64,000 bases of DNA from a virus. Positions 51,192 to 59,252 of the stretch are shown piece by piece. A program made the translations under genes and the position numbers. Below the pieces are notes generated by a model. The model made no database searches. It saw nothing but the letters and a program-made list of their open reading frames with translations, and had not been told where the DNA came from. The stretch lies in IMG/VR virus record IMGVR_UViG_3300045988_120893, positions 1-64,000 of that record. One strand, given 5' to 3'. The stretch's first letter is position 1; every line of letters starts with the position of its first letter.

Positions 51192-53747
51192 TTAATGATT
51201 CCAATATGATTTTTTCTTATTTCCTACTTCCGTTGGTGGAGCGGAATGTGTATTCATTTTTTCAAGCTCGTCATATCCGTTTGCACTGGCATCTGCCATA
51301 TCTTTAAACTTCCTGTCTGGAAACCCGTCCATTTGAGCTAAATATGCTTGCGTCCACGGTGCATTAAGAACATCTACATTTCCTTTTTCTGAACCCTTTA
51401 TTCCAATCCATTGAGCGGACAAAGGCTCTGCTCTTGTCTCTTTGCTGCCGCTCTCCCTTACCATACTTACACTAAATCCAGATAGCATTTTTATATATTG
51501 TTCACTTTGGTCTTTACCACTTTGCCCAGGATCTTGCGACATTCTTATTTTAATTTTTCTCCCAAATGAAGCTTTGTCTGCTTTTGCAGTATTAAGGACA
51601 GTCTGGCGCACATCACTTGAGTTCATTCTGCGATTAATTACATCACCAATAACAATTCTTCCGTTCTTGCGTTTACCGATAAGAACACCAGCTGTATAGG
51701 CTGGACCATCCTCAGGATTATTGTTCTTTTTGTCCTCAGTACCGGCCAAATCCCATGCACGTACCCATCGAATAACATCATCTGGCAATTCATCAATGAT
51801 TGTAGCCTTATTTCTAGGGAAGTACATACCGGCAGCAGGCCTAATCTTCCAGTTCCCGCCTAAAAGCCGTTCCTGCTCTACAAGAGGAAGTGATTTCAAG
51901 TTGGCAAGGTAAGACGGGTCATTCCTCATGAGTATAGCGTTGTCGGAGAGCATGGACAGTATGAATGTGGCACTCTTCGGCGTGATAAGGTCAACATATT
52001 CTGTTCCGTTCCATCTGTAAAACTGTTTTGTTTCTGTGCATACATACAGAACACCGCTTTCACCATGTTCATGTATATACAGATTTCCTGTCTCACTGTC
52101 CTTTATGAAAAGTTCGTCCGGGTGCCTGTGCTTCTTATTTACTTCTCTTATCTCGCCATCAAACTGACGCTTCAAGAGCTCCATCCGGTTATCTCCCCAG
52201 ATTACTTCTCCATTTATGCGGATAAACCATCGTATCTTCCCAGACCGCTCCGGTATCGCATAACCCGTGTCCTGGTTAATCCACCATGAGATAAATTCTG
52301 CAACCCAGCTGTCAGGGTCAGGGTTGGTTGTGGCTCTGATATATCCGGGTACACCGGAATCAGAACGGTTTCGGGAGAACATATACCAGAAAACATCCTC
52401 ATTGAAATGTGTCAGCTCGTCAAAACAATTTTTATTGACTAACCCACTTTCAGTGATATAATGATTAGTGGTAGAAACTGTTAAATCAATAACCCATCTT
52501 TTACCTAAAGGAGTGATTTTACATGAATGATATTCAATATCAACCCCTTCCGCAATCTGTTCTTCTCCCGTATACGGGTGGACATACCGTAATTTATGGT
52601 GGATATGTTTATGAACTTTGCCCTGACCATCCAAAAGCGAATCCTTTCGGTTTTGTACCACAACACCGTCTAGTATTAGAACGTCACCTTGGACGTTATC
52701 TCCTTTCAAGTGAACAGGTACATCACATTGATATGGACCCCCTGAACAATGACCTCTCAAACCTTCAAATTCTTTCACGTTCTGAACATCTTGCGATACA
52801 TCGTAAATTTGAACGTGAGCAGCGTTATCCTCCTTTAACTCATGATATTGTTTCTGATGCTCTTGCAGATGGTGGTCTAAAAGCCGCTGCAAAGGCTCTC
52901 GGTTGTTCGACTGAAACGATTCGCAATAACTTCCCTTATCTTGTTGCGCCTTACAAAAGGAAATCTCCTGCAAACCTTGATCTTGATAGTTGGGTTGACA
53001 AAATAAAACCTCTTGCTGCTGATAAAAATATTGGTTATCGTGAGGCTGTTGCTGTTCTTGGCATATCTGCAAGGAGCATTCAACGTGTTTGTGAACGTCA
53101 TAACATTGAGTGGGTGAAGAAATCAAAGGTTGGTGAGATTCATACAAAGTACACATATCGGAATAGGAAACCCAGCCACAAGAAGTAAGGATTTTATGCG
53201 TTGTTGAATGAATCTGCTTTTCTCCATATTCATTTTCAATTTCAACACAATCTTCTAATCTTCTATTACCTATTGCTGTAACAGGCATAGGTCCTTGTAA
53301 AGTTTCTACCATATCCCCTATCTGTATATCTGATAGGGGTTTTTTAGTGCCATCTGCCATCCGTATTAAAGTAGATTCTTCACAACATATTAGTGGAATC
53401 TGTGAGCCTTGCCAGCCCAAACAATCCTCGTACCGCTCCAAGTGTCCGAAAGATACCTTTGCACCGCTCGGAAAAACAAATTGAGGGTTCGGGGTCTTTT
53501 TCGGTGTGGCTTGAAACTGTGGAAGAAAACCCATGGCAGAATCCCAAAGTCCACCGTTGGTAAATATCTGCGTGTTATTCCTACGGAAGATAACAGAATT
53601 GAATCGGGGGTTTCCGCTATGCCGTAACTGTTCCATGAGCAGAGCATAAGTTTTCCCTCCACCGGCGGCTCCACCGAATATTACAATATCTGCGATTGAC
53701 GATAAGAATTGTTCTTGTCTCGGCTGTGGCTTGATTACAGTTGACAT
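51192..53747 (-). CDS. terL: Terminase large subunit, interrupted by a 320-aa intein
   Basis: Walker A FGGAAGGGKTYAL. Walker B CFDELTHF follows the insert. The C-terminal nuclease half has typical length. Exteins are 120 + 411 aa. Confidence 0.95.
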   Translation of the reverse strand: MSTVIKPQPRQEQFLSSIADIVIFGGAAGGGKTYALLMEQLRHSGNPRFNSVIFRRNNTQIFTNGGLWDSAMGFLPQFQATPKKTPNPQFVFPSGAKVSFGHLERYEDCLGWQGSQIPLICCEESTLIRMADGTKKPLSDIQIGDMVETLQGPMPVTAIGNRRLEDCVEIENEYGEKQIHSTTHKILTSCGWVSYSDMCTLYESHQPLISSPTQCYDVHKHVECSLQICQEQQQPHDNQYFYQQQEVLFCQPNYQDQGLQEISFCKAQQDKGSYCESFQSNNREPLQRLLDHHLQEHQKQYHELKEDNAAHVQIYDVSQDVQNVKEFEGLRGHCSGGPYQCDVPVHLKGDNVQGDVLILDGVVVQNRKDSLLDGQGKVHKHIHHKLRYVHPYTGEEQIAEGVDIEYHSCKITPLGKRWVIDLTVSTTNHYITESGLVNKNCFDELTHFNEDVFWYMFSRNRSDSGVPGYIRATTNPDPDSWVAEFISWWINQDTGYAIPERSGKIRWFIRINGEVIWGDNRMELLKRQFDGEIREVNKKHRHPDELFIKDSETGNLYIHEHGESGVLYVCTETKQFYRWNGTEYVDLITPKSATFILSMLSDNAILMRNDPSYLANLKSLPLVEQERLLGGNWKIRPAAGMYFPRNKATIIDELPDDVIRWVRAWDLAGTEDKKNNNPEDGPAYTAGVLIGKRKNGRIVIGDVINRRMNSSDVRQTVLNTAKADKASFGRKIKIRMSQDPGQSGKDQSEQYIKMLSGFSVSMVRESGSKETRAEPLSAQWIGIKGSEKGNVDVLNAPWTQAYLAQMDGFPDRKFKDMADASANGYDELEKMNTHSAPPTEVGNKKKSYWNH
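52435..52462 (+). promoter_or_regulatory. Near-consensus promoter for the antisense HNH gene
   Basis: TTGACT (52435-52440), 16 nt, TATAAT (52457-52462). Embedded in terL coding sequence. Confidence 0.55.
52523..53188 (+). CDS. HNH homing endonuclease encoded antisense inside the terL intein
   Basis: AAAGGAG SD 9 nt before the ATG. HNH motif QVHHIDMDPLNNDLSNLQILSRSEHLAIH. Two HTH-like segments (LKAAAKALGCSTETIRNNF, YREAVAVLGISARSIQRVCERH). Confidence 0.85.
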   Translation: MNDIQYQPLPQSVLLPYTGGHTVIYGGYVYELCPDHPKANPFGFVPQHRLVLERHLGRYLLSSEQVHHIDMDPLNNDLSNLQILSRSEHLAIHRKFEREQRYPPLTHDIVSDALADGGLKAAAKALGCSTETIRNNFPYLVAPYKRKSPANLDLDSWVDKIKPLAADKNIGYREAVAVLGISARSIQRVCERHNIEWVKKSKVGEIHTKYTYRNRKPSHKK

Positions 53748-53784
53748 GGCATCACCCCCTTTTACATCCTGTTTTTATCATGGT

Positions 53785-54318
53785 CTAAACTTCCAAATCG
53801 TCAAAATCATCTTCATCCTGCCTGTGGTTCTCCGGAAGATAAATCTGGACAGCGTTCATTGCCTGTCCGCCATCCCGGTTCTCAATAACCTCTCCGACAT
53901 CTCCACGGCTGATACGTTCCAGCTTGCTTGCAACATCAACCATCTTCGAAACGTCAGATGCCTTGATATCTTCCACCGGAATCTTATTCAATGCCTGTGC
54001 AGCCTTCACTATCATTGCGGATGCCACTGTTGCATGGTTCTTCCGCATTTTTTTTATGTCTTTGATCTGCTGCAATCTGTTCAGCCTGTCCACCTCTGCA
54101 TCCCAGGCTGTCACACGTTCTACCCAGTGGTTCTTTTTGCTCCAGATTCCAAGATTAGGCTTTGTCTTACCAAGAGCATCCGCTACCTTCTGGATGGATC
54201 TCTCTGCACCCATATCCCTGTATAAAGCAAATGCTTCCCATTGCTTAGGTGTTTCCCCCGGCTGCCGCTCCCATGGTTTCAAATCTTCTGGTGCTTCCTG
54301 TGTTTTTTTTCTTGCCAT
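53785..54318 (-). CDS. terS: Terminase small subunit
   Basis: Position directly upstream of terL. N-terminal ...PKQWEAFALYRDMGAERSIQKVADALGKT...IWSKKNHWVERVTAWD (HTH). Confidence 0.75.
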   Translation of the reverse strand: MARKKTQEAPEDLKPWERQPGETPKQWEAFALYRDMGAERSIQKVADALGKTKPNLGIWSKKNHWVERVTAWDAEVDRLNRLQQIKDIKKMRKNHATVASAMIVKAAQALNKIPVEDIKASDVSKMVDVASKLERISRGDVGEVIENRDGGQAMNAVQIYLPENHRQDEDDFDDLEV

Positions 54319-54322
54319 GCTA

Positions 54323-54952
54323 TCACTCCTTTCCTATCCTGATAAGTTCGTTTCTTTTTAATCGTGTGACGGTAAATGATGGTTCCCATGTGGCAAACCG
54401 TTCATCCTGTGGTATTCTGTCCGCTTCTCCACGGTCTATAAGGTCCACTGAATCACAAAGCATCTGTACCCCCATCGGGAATATCTCTTTCCATAAATCG
54501 CTATAACTCCATGACCGATCTATGAATACCGGTTTCTGCATGAGAATGTCTCCACCATCAACTTTGTTATTAAGCCAGTATACGGATGCCCCGGTGATAG
54601 CGTCACCCATTGCAACCGCCCACCTTACTGCATCCTGCCCCCGGTGTCGGGGAAGCAAGGAAGGATGGAAACCTATCCCACCATACCTTGCCTTTTCAAT
54701 TACTTTTTCGGATATAAACCAGTGAGAATGTGCGGCAACGATTAAGTCTGTGTTATCCGGTATATCATTTGACGTTAGCTTATCCATATCGGATATAACC
54801 GGGATACCTAATTTCATTGCTGGACCTATGACTTTATCAAAATATTTTTCTTGTGGAGGTGGGGCAACACCTACGATGGTATGCCCACGATCATATAATT
54901 CTTTCAAAACGACTTTCCCAAAACTACGCTGGCCGCATAGGAATATATTCAA
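54323..54952 (-). CDS. Formyltransferase catalytic-domain protein (Fmt/PurN-like, 209 aa)
   Basis: NIFLCGQRSFG...GHTIVGV..., GIGFHPSLLPRHRG, VDGGDIL. No Fmt C-terminal domain. Gly replaces the catalytic Asn two residues before His. Confidence 0.8.
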   Translation of the reverse strand: MNIFLCGQRSFGKVVLKELYDRGHTIVGVAPPPQEKYFDKVIGPAMKLGIPVISDMDKLTSNDIPDNTDLIVAAHSHWFISEKVIEKARYGGIGFHPSLLPRHRGQDAVRWAVAMGDAITGASVYWLNNKVDGGDILMQKPVFIDRSWSYSDLWKEIFPMGVQMLCDSVDLIDRGEADRIPQDERFATWEPSFTVTRLKRNELIRIGKE

Positions 54953-56106
54953 CTAATATCACCATACTTTCCGATATATTTGAATCCTTGTACAGCTCGG
55001 AAGTGACCTCCATAACCAACACCATTCATCTTTGAGCCTTTTTTACGGCGGCTTTTCTGAATGCTCATTGCACTTTTCTTTTTGTTGTCACCATAAAGCA
55101 TTGCACTTGTTTGTATCCAATTCTTGCTACGTCTTAAAGCCATGCATAGCTGCGGATGTGAAGTATGGAAGAATGTCGCATATTTCCGGTTGCAACGTCC
55201 ATTTCCGTCCATGTGATAGCTGCATACCCATTCAAGGAAACGGAATCCTACACCTGCACCCTGCCACTCAGGCATGGTTACAAGCCTTGTGGCACGATAC
55301 GCATTAGCTGTGAACATAGGTGCAACGGCAACATGGCAAGCAAGCTCACCATCAACAGTACCTACAAAATATTCTGCTGCTGGCGGCATAGGTAAATCTA
55401 AATAGTAATGCGGTTTAAAAAACTTCCAGTAACTTGAGTCCGTCTTGAAAATTTCAAGCCGTATTTTCGGTCTTTGCCTGGGATTCCCCCTTTCAAAACG
55501 CTTTGAAGCGGTGTCAAATACCCAATCCGGCTGTACCCAATCTAATATGTCATAGTGAGGTGTCAGCAATACCACTTTTCCATTTGGATTCGTTCTTCTC
55601 CATGCCTTTTGAAATGCCTGCGAACCGATTTTCGCAATCTGGCGGTCTACAACGGAAGTGAACTCGTCAACAACCGCTTTTTCCGGCTTTTCGCAAATCA
55701 GCCTTGCAAGTCCCGCCCGGAACTGCTCACCATTAGAAAGTACTCTGAACGTCCTTAGCCATGCTGGAACATCACCAAGACCTACATTAGCCAATGCCCC
55801 CGTTACCTCGTTAAAATCACCATCAGGAGCGATTTCGTCAATGATTGGTTTGTTTGGATGCCATCCCTTTGTGTAGTCGTGTATAAGGTTCTCACCATCA
55901 AATATTGTTTTCCCTATGGAAGTCTTTCCGCTCCCAGATGGCCCGACTACAACACCAATCTGCCAATCACCGGATAAGTCCATGGTGGCTTCAAGGTCAA
56001 AGTTACATCCGTTTTCGGCATTGAAAAGGCTTTTTACCCTTGCCGCCCTGTAACTGTTAAAATCATCAACACGGTTATGTACTTCAATCTTTGTCAGTTT
56101 ATTCAT
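54949..56106 (-). CDS. ABC-type ATPase fused to a GNAT-like acyltransferase
   Basis: Walker A GPSGSGKT, signature LSNGEQFR, Walker B AVVDEFTS, GNAT loop TMPEWQGAGVGFRFLEW. Confidence 0.8.
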   Translation of the reverse strand: MNKLTKIEVHNRVDDFNSYRAARVKSLFNAENGCNFDLEATMDLSGDWQIGVVVGPSGSGKTSIGKTIFDGENLIHDYTKGWHPNKPIIDEIAPDGDFNEVTGALANVGLGDVPAWLRTFRVLSNGEQFRAGLARLICEKPEKAVVDEFTSVVDRQIAKIGSQAFQKAWRRTNPNGKVVLLTPHYDILDWVQPDWVFDTASKRFERGNPRQRPKIRLEIFKTDSSYWKFFKPHYYLDLPMPPAAEYFVGTVDGELACHVAVAPMFTANAYRATRLVTMPEWQGAGVGFRFLEWVCSYHMDGNGRCNRKYATFFHTSHPQLCMALRRSKNWIQTSAMLYGDNKKKSAMSIQKSRRKKGSKMNGVGYGGHFRAVQGFKYIGKYGDIS

Positions 56107-56852
56107 GTAGTCACAACCTTACATTCGTAACCATCTGAATAGAGACGTTCATATACTTCTTTCTGTTCCGCTTCGTCCTTGCATATTACAATAACTCCAT
56201 ACTGCTCTTTATAGTTGAAATTTGTTGTGGTTGTTATCTGAGGATCGTCTGTAGATGGAAATGTAGACGGTTCTGTGGTTATTTCTGTGGGTTGTTCTGT
56301 TTGTGTTTCTGTGGTATCTTCTGTGCCTGTGCTTTCCGGCTCTGTGTGTTTCTTCCCATGGTCAGTATCGCTTGAAAAACTTTCAATGACCCTGAGTGCT
56401 TCATCATCATTGATTAAATCGTCTATCTCATGGTACTCATATCCTGTCAGCATAACGTCAATGTCTGTGTTGTTGATGTCATTCAGGATATCAATGAGCA
56501 AATCTTCATCAATACTGCTCAGTTCTGAAATGCGGTTATCAGCTACCAGATCCGCCCATTCTTCCGCTTCGTTTGCATAATCCTGATAATCTACAGGCAC
56601 ATGAGTTTCTTTCAGAAGTATTGCGGCTTGCAACCGCCCATGTCCGGACACGACAAAACCGCTCCTCTTACTTACGGTAATCGGTTTTCTCCATCCCTGA
56701 GCCTTAATGACCTGTGCCAGTATCTCAATCTGACGTTCCGGATGCATATTCGGGTTACGTGGGTTTGGTATTACTTTCATAATTTCTACGATTTCGTCAT
56801 GTGAGCAGTAGACCGGAATATCTCCAATCATTGCTTTGCATTGAATACTCAA
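56103..56852 (-). CDS. ParB N-terminal (ParB/Srx) domain protein, copy 2
   Basis: ...NPRNPNMHPERQIEILAQVIKAQGWRKPITVSKRSGFVVSGHGRLQAA..., a Thr/Glu/Pro linker, and a small C-terminal domain YGVIVICKDEAEQKEVYERL. Confidence 0.85.
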   Translation of the reverse strand: MSIQCKAMIGDIPVYCSHDEIVEIMKVIPNPRNPNMHPERQIEILAQVIKAQGWRKPITVSKRSGFVVSGHGRLQAAILLKETHVPVDYQDYANEAEEWADLVADNRISELSSIDEDLLIDILNDINNTDIDVMLTGYEYHEIDDLINDDEALRVIESFSSDTDHGKKHTEPESTGTEDTTETQTEQPTEITTEPSTFPSTDDPQITTTTNFNYKEQYGVIVICKDEAEQKEVYERLYSDGYECKVVTT

Positions 56853-56864
56853 TATTCATCCGTC

Positions 56865-57083
56865 CTATTCTTCACTAGTACCATCACTAGGTTGTTGTTC
56901 TACGATTCCATATATCCTGATTTCATCTTTTCCGGATTCCGTTTTTTCTGCAGGGACAAGCTCTATCTTTCCTACATTCTGAACGCTTTCTGACAGCTGT
57001 ATTTTTTCTATAAGCTGGTATCCTGTATAACCAGTAGCCTTATTCGTGTAATTCCTTGCCGCTGCAAGTGTAAGAAGGTCCAT
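56865..57083 (-). CDS. Small hypothetical protein (72 aa)
   Basis: ORF between the two ParB-like genes. Confidence 0.55.
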   Translation of the reverse strand: MDLLTLAAARNYTNKATGYTGYQLIEKIQLSESVQNVGKIELVPAEKTESGKDEIRIYGIVEQQPSDGTSEE

Positions 57084-57097
57084 GGTTCCTCACATCC

Positions 57098-57304
57098 TTA
57101 CTGTTCATACCAGATTTCGTCATCCTCGCTGTAACAGAAGATTTTCCTTGTGTCCATCTCATAAAACTCAGATGCGTTTCCTATTTTTCTTCCATCAAAT
57201 TCACGTATAGGCTTTTCATCCGTGCTCTTTCCGTAAAGTTCAAGGCATTTCCTGTTCACGTATCTTCCGTATCTTCTCAATGTCACCATGGCATCAAGGG
57301 TCAC
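57098..57304 (-). CDS. Small hypothetical protein (68 aa)
   Basis: ORF between the two ParB-like genes. Confidence 0.55.
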   Translation of the reverse strand: MTLDAMVTLRRYGRYVNRKCLELYGKSTDEKPIREFDGRKIGNASEFYEMDTRKIFCYSEDDEIWYEQ

Positions 57305-57308
57305 ATCC

Positions 57309-58085
57309 TTATTTTTTTATGGGTCTCGGCTTTCTTAGTTTGAATATATCGCTTTCCATGTCATTTTCCCTCGCCCATGCAGTAATCAGTTCCATGTATC
57401 CGTATTCTTTTTGTTCCCTTACACACGTACATCCCATATTCCCAGTCTCATAGACATAATGGCTTATGATGCTGTCACAAATAGGGTCTTCTTCACCAAC
57501 AATAAATCTATGCTCTCCAAGGTTCCAGATATCTCCGGCTTTAGAAAACATGGATGGTACTTTTATTTCTTCCGGAGTTTCCTCTTCTTCCTCTCCTTCA
57601 AGATCAGAAAGTATATTGTCTATATCTTCTGAATCATATCCGGTAAGTGCAAGCATATCTTCATTCTCGAATGAATCTATCATCTCTGATAGAATCTGAT
57701 TATCAATTTCAGAAAGTTCCGCAAGCCGGTTGTCAGCAATAAGGTCAGCGTATTCTTCGTCCTGGCTGGAATATTCCTGATAGTCCACCGGAACATTCGA
57801 CCATCCGGCAAGTTTGGCCGCCTGCAATCTTCCATGTCCTTTGACGATACATCCGCTCCTGTTCGAAACAGTGATAGGCTGTCTCCATCCTGTTTTCTCT
57901 ATGATGCTTTTGAGAAGTTCGATCTGTTCTTGTGGGTGTTGGTTTGGGTTGAGTGGGTTCGGTTTGAGGTTCTTTGTAGGCACGATGTCGTCGTGCGAAC
58001 AGAAGATAGGGATACCATCATTTGATACTGCTTTTGGCTCTGCTGAGGTTCTGTAATCAATATCTTCTATTTTTTTACCATCCAT
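57309..58085 (-). CDS. ParB N-terminal (ParB/Srx) domain protein, copy 1, with a vestigial methyltransferase junction motif
   Basis: ...NPLNPNQHPQEQIELLKSIIEKTGWRQPITVSNRSGCIVKGHGRLQAA.... GGAGG SD. C-terminal GDIWNLGEHRFIVGEED. Confidence 0.85.
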   Translation of the reverse strand: MDGKKIEDIDYRTSAEPKAVSNDGIPIFCSHDDIVPTKNLKPNPLNPNQHPQEQIELLKSIIEKTGWRQPITVSNRSGCIVKGHGRLQAAKLAGWSNVPVDYQEYSSQDEEYADLIADNRLAELSEIDNQILSEMIDSFENEDMLALTGYDSEDIDNILSDLEGEEEEETPEEIKVPSMFSKAGDIWNLGEHRFIVGEEDPICDSIISHYVYETGNMGCTCVREQKEYGYMELITAWARENDMESDIFKLRKPRPIKK

Positions 58086-58250
58086 AATTCCTCCAATCTA
58101 ATCAAATTAAAAGTTACATAAAACGCATAAAACGCATTTTTTCAAGTAAATTATAACATTATTTCAGAATAATTCTACTATTAGTATTGAATTTTGCAAA
58201 AAAAGAGACGTACTTAACAAAATGTCAGCACACCCCTTTCTTATTCATAA

Positions 58251-58646
58251 CTAGTCCTCACTTTCTTTGTATGGTTCTGGTAGCGCTTTCCATGCGACAA
58301 CTTCATCATAATCCTCATAATCTTCAAAATAGTTACCATCGTCTTTATAAAATGTTGTTTTATCAACATTTCCATACTTTGAAGTAATCAATACTTCTTG
58401 TCCATCATCAGGCAAAGGACATTCATATATAAAAAAATATTCTGAATAGTATTCTTCCTCTTCTTCTGTCATTGGCCTTGTTTTCACAGGAATCCAACCA
58501 CTGCTCCCGACATTTGTGTCTGGAGCAAATTCTTCTGCTACTTCCTGAACGATTTTCTTTATATCATAAAGTTCAATTACCACTTCATCACTTATGCCAA
58601 ATTCTTTTTCCAACCTCTCTAAAATCTTCTCAAATGCTTTGTTCAT
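58251..58646 (-). CDS. DUF551-like protein
   Basis: ...SGWIPVKTRPMTEEE...VLITSKYG...VVAWKALPEPYKE pattern (from memory). Confidence 0.6.
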   Translation of the reverse strand: MNKAFEKILERLEKEFGISDEVVIELYDIKKIVQEVAEEFAPDTNVGSSGWIPVKTRPMTEEEEEYYSEYFFIYECPLPDDGQEVLITSKYGNVDKTTFYKDDGNYFEDYEDYDEVVAWKALPEPYKESED

Positions 58647-58918
58647 TCTGATTCTCCTATCATCTCAAATCTCATTTGCTGTTTCACATCAGGATATTTT
58701 TCACGATCTACCTCTGATAGAAACATACTTAATGGCCTGCACCATACTAAATTAGGTTTATAGAAACTCTTGTAAATCACCATCGGTTCTTCTGTTTCGC
58801 TGTGTACTGCAATACCAGTAACGACATATATTCCACCTTTAAAATGTCTATACCGAAAACCGACAATTTCATCTTTAATGTAATCAACTTGATCTTGCAC
58901 TTTCATTCGTTTGTTCAT
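58643..58918 (-). CDS. DUF1653-like protein
   Basis: YRHFKGGIYVVTGIAVHSETEEPMVIYKS...VWCRPLSMF pattern (from memory). Confidence 0.65.
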   Translation of the reverse strand: MNKRMKVQDQVDYIKDEIVGFRYRHFKGGIYVVTGIAVHSETEEPMVIYKSFYKPNLVWCRPLSMFLSEVDREKYPDVKQQMRFEMIGESE

Positions 58919-58934
58919 TATTCTTCACTCTCCT

Positions 58935-59252
58935 TTACATCTCATTTGTTCGTCTCTCGTAACTTGCATAGTCATCTAAACTACGGAAATTCATTCTCAT
59001 ATGACTATTTTCCCAATGTGGATGTTTCCAAAATTTCTTCTCGCATGATGCTGAGCAAAATCTTGTACGCATATCTCCACTACCATCCTCTGTTACTACT
59101 GTCCTTCCGCATTGTGAACAATTAAAAGTTATTGACGGATATAATAATGTGACTTTATGTGTTTTCCTGAATATATCTCCGCACTTTCTGCAACAGTACT
59201 TTTGTGTTACTGAAAGTTGAGTAAATTCTTTACCACAATTTAAACATTGCAT
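58935..59252 (-). CDS. Zinc-ribbon protein (105 aa)
   Basis: CLNCG...CCRKCG...CSQCG...CSASC. Confidence 0.65.
   Translation of the reverse strand: MQCLNCGKEFTQLSVTQKYCCRKCGDIFRKTHKVTLLYPSITFNCSQCGRTVVTEDGSGDMRTRFCSASCEKKFWKHPHWENSHMRMNFRSLDDYASYERRTNEM

Larger units (their letters stand above)
52428..53387 (-). mobile_element. Mini-intein (Hint domain) in terL
   Basis: Block A CCEESTLIRMADG, B IHSTTHKILTSCGW, F WVIDLTVSTTNHYIT, G SGLVNKN followed by +1 Cys. Inserted just before Walker B. Confidence 0.8.
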
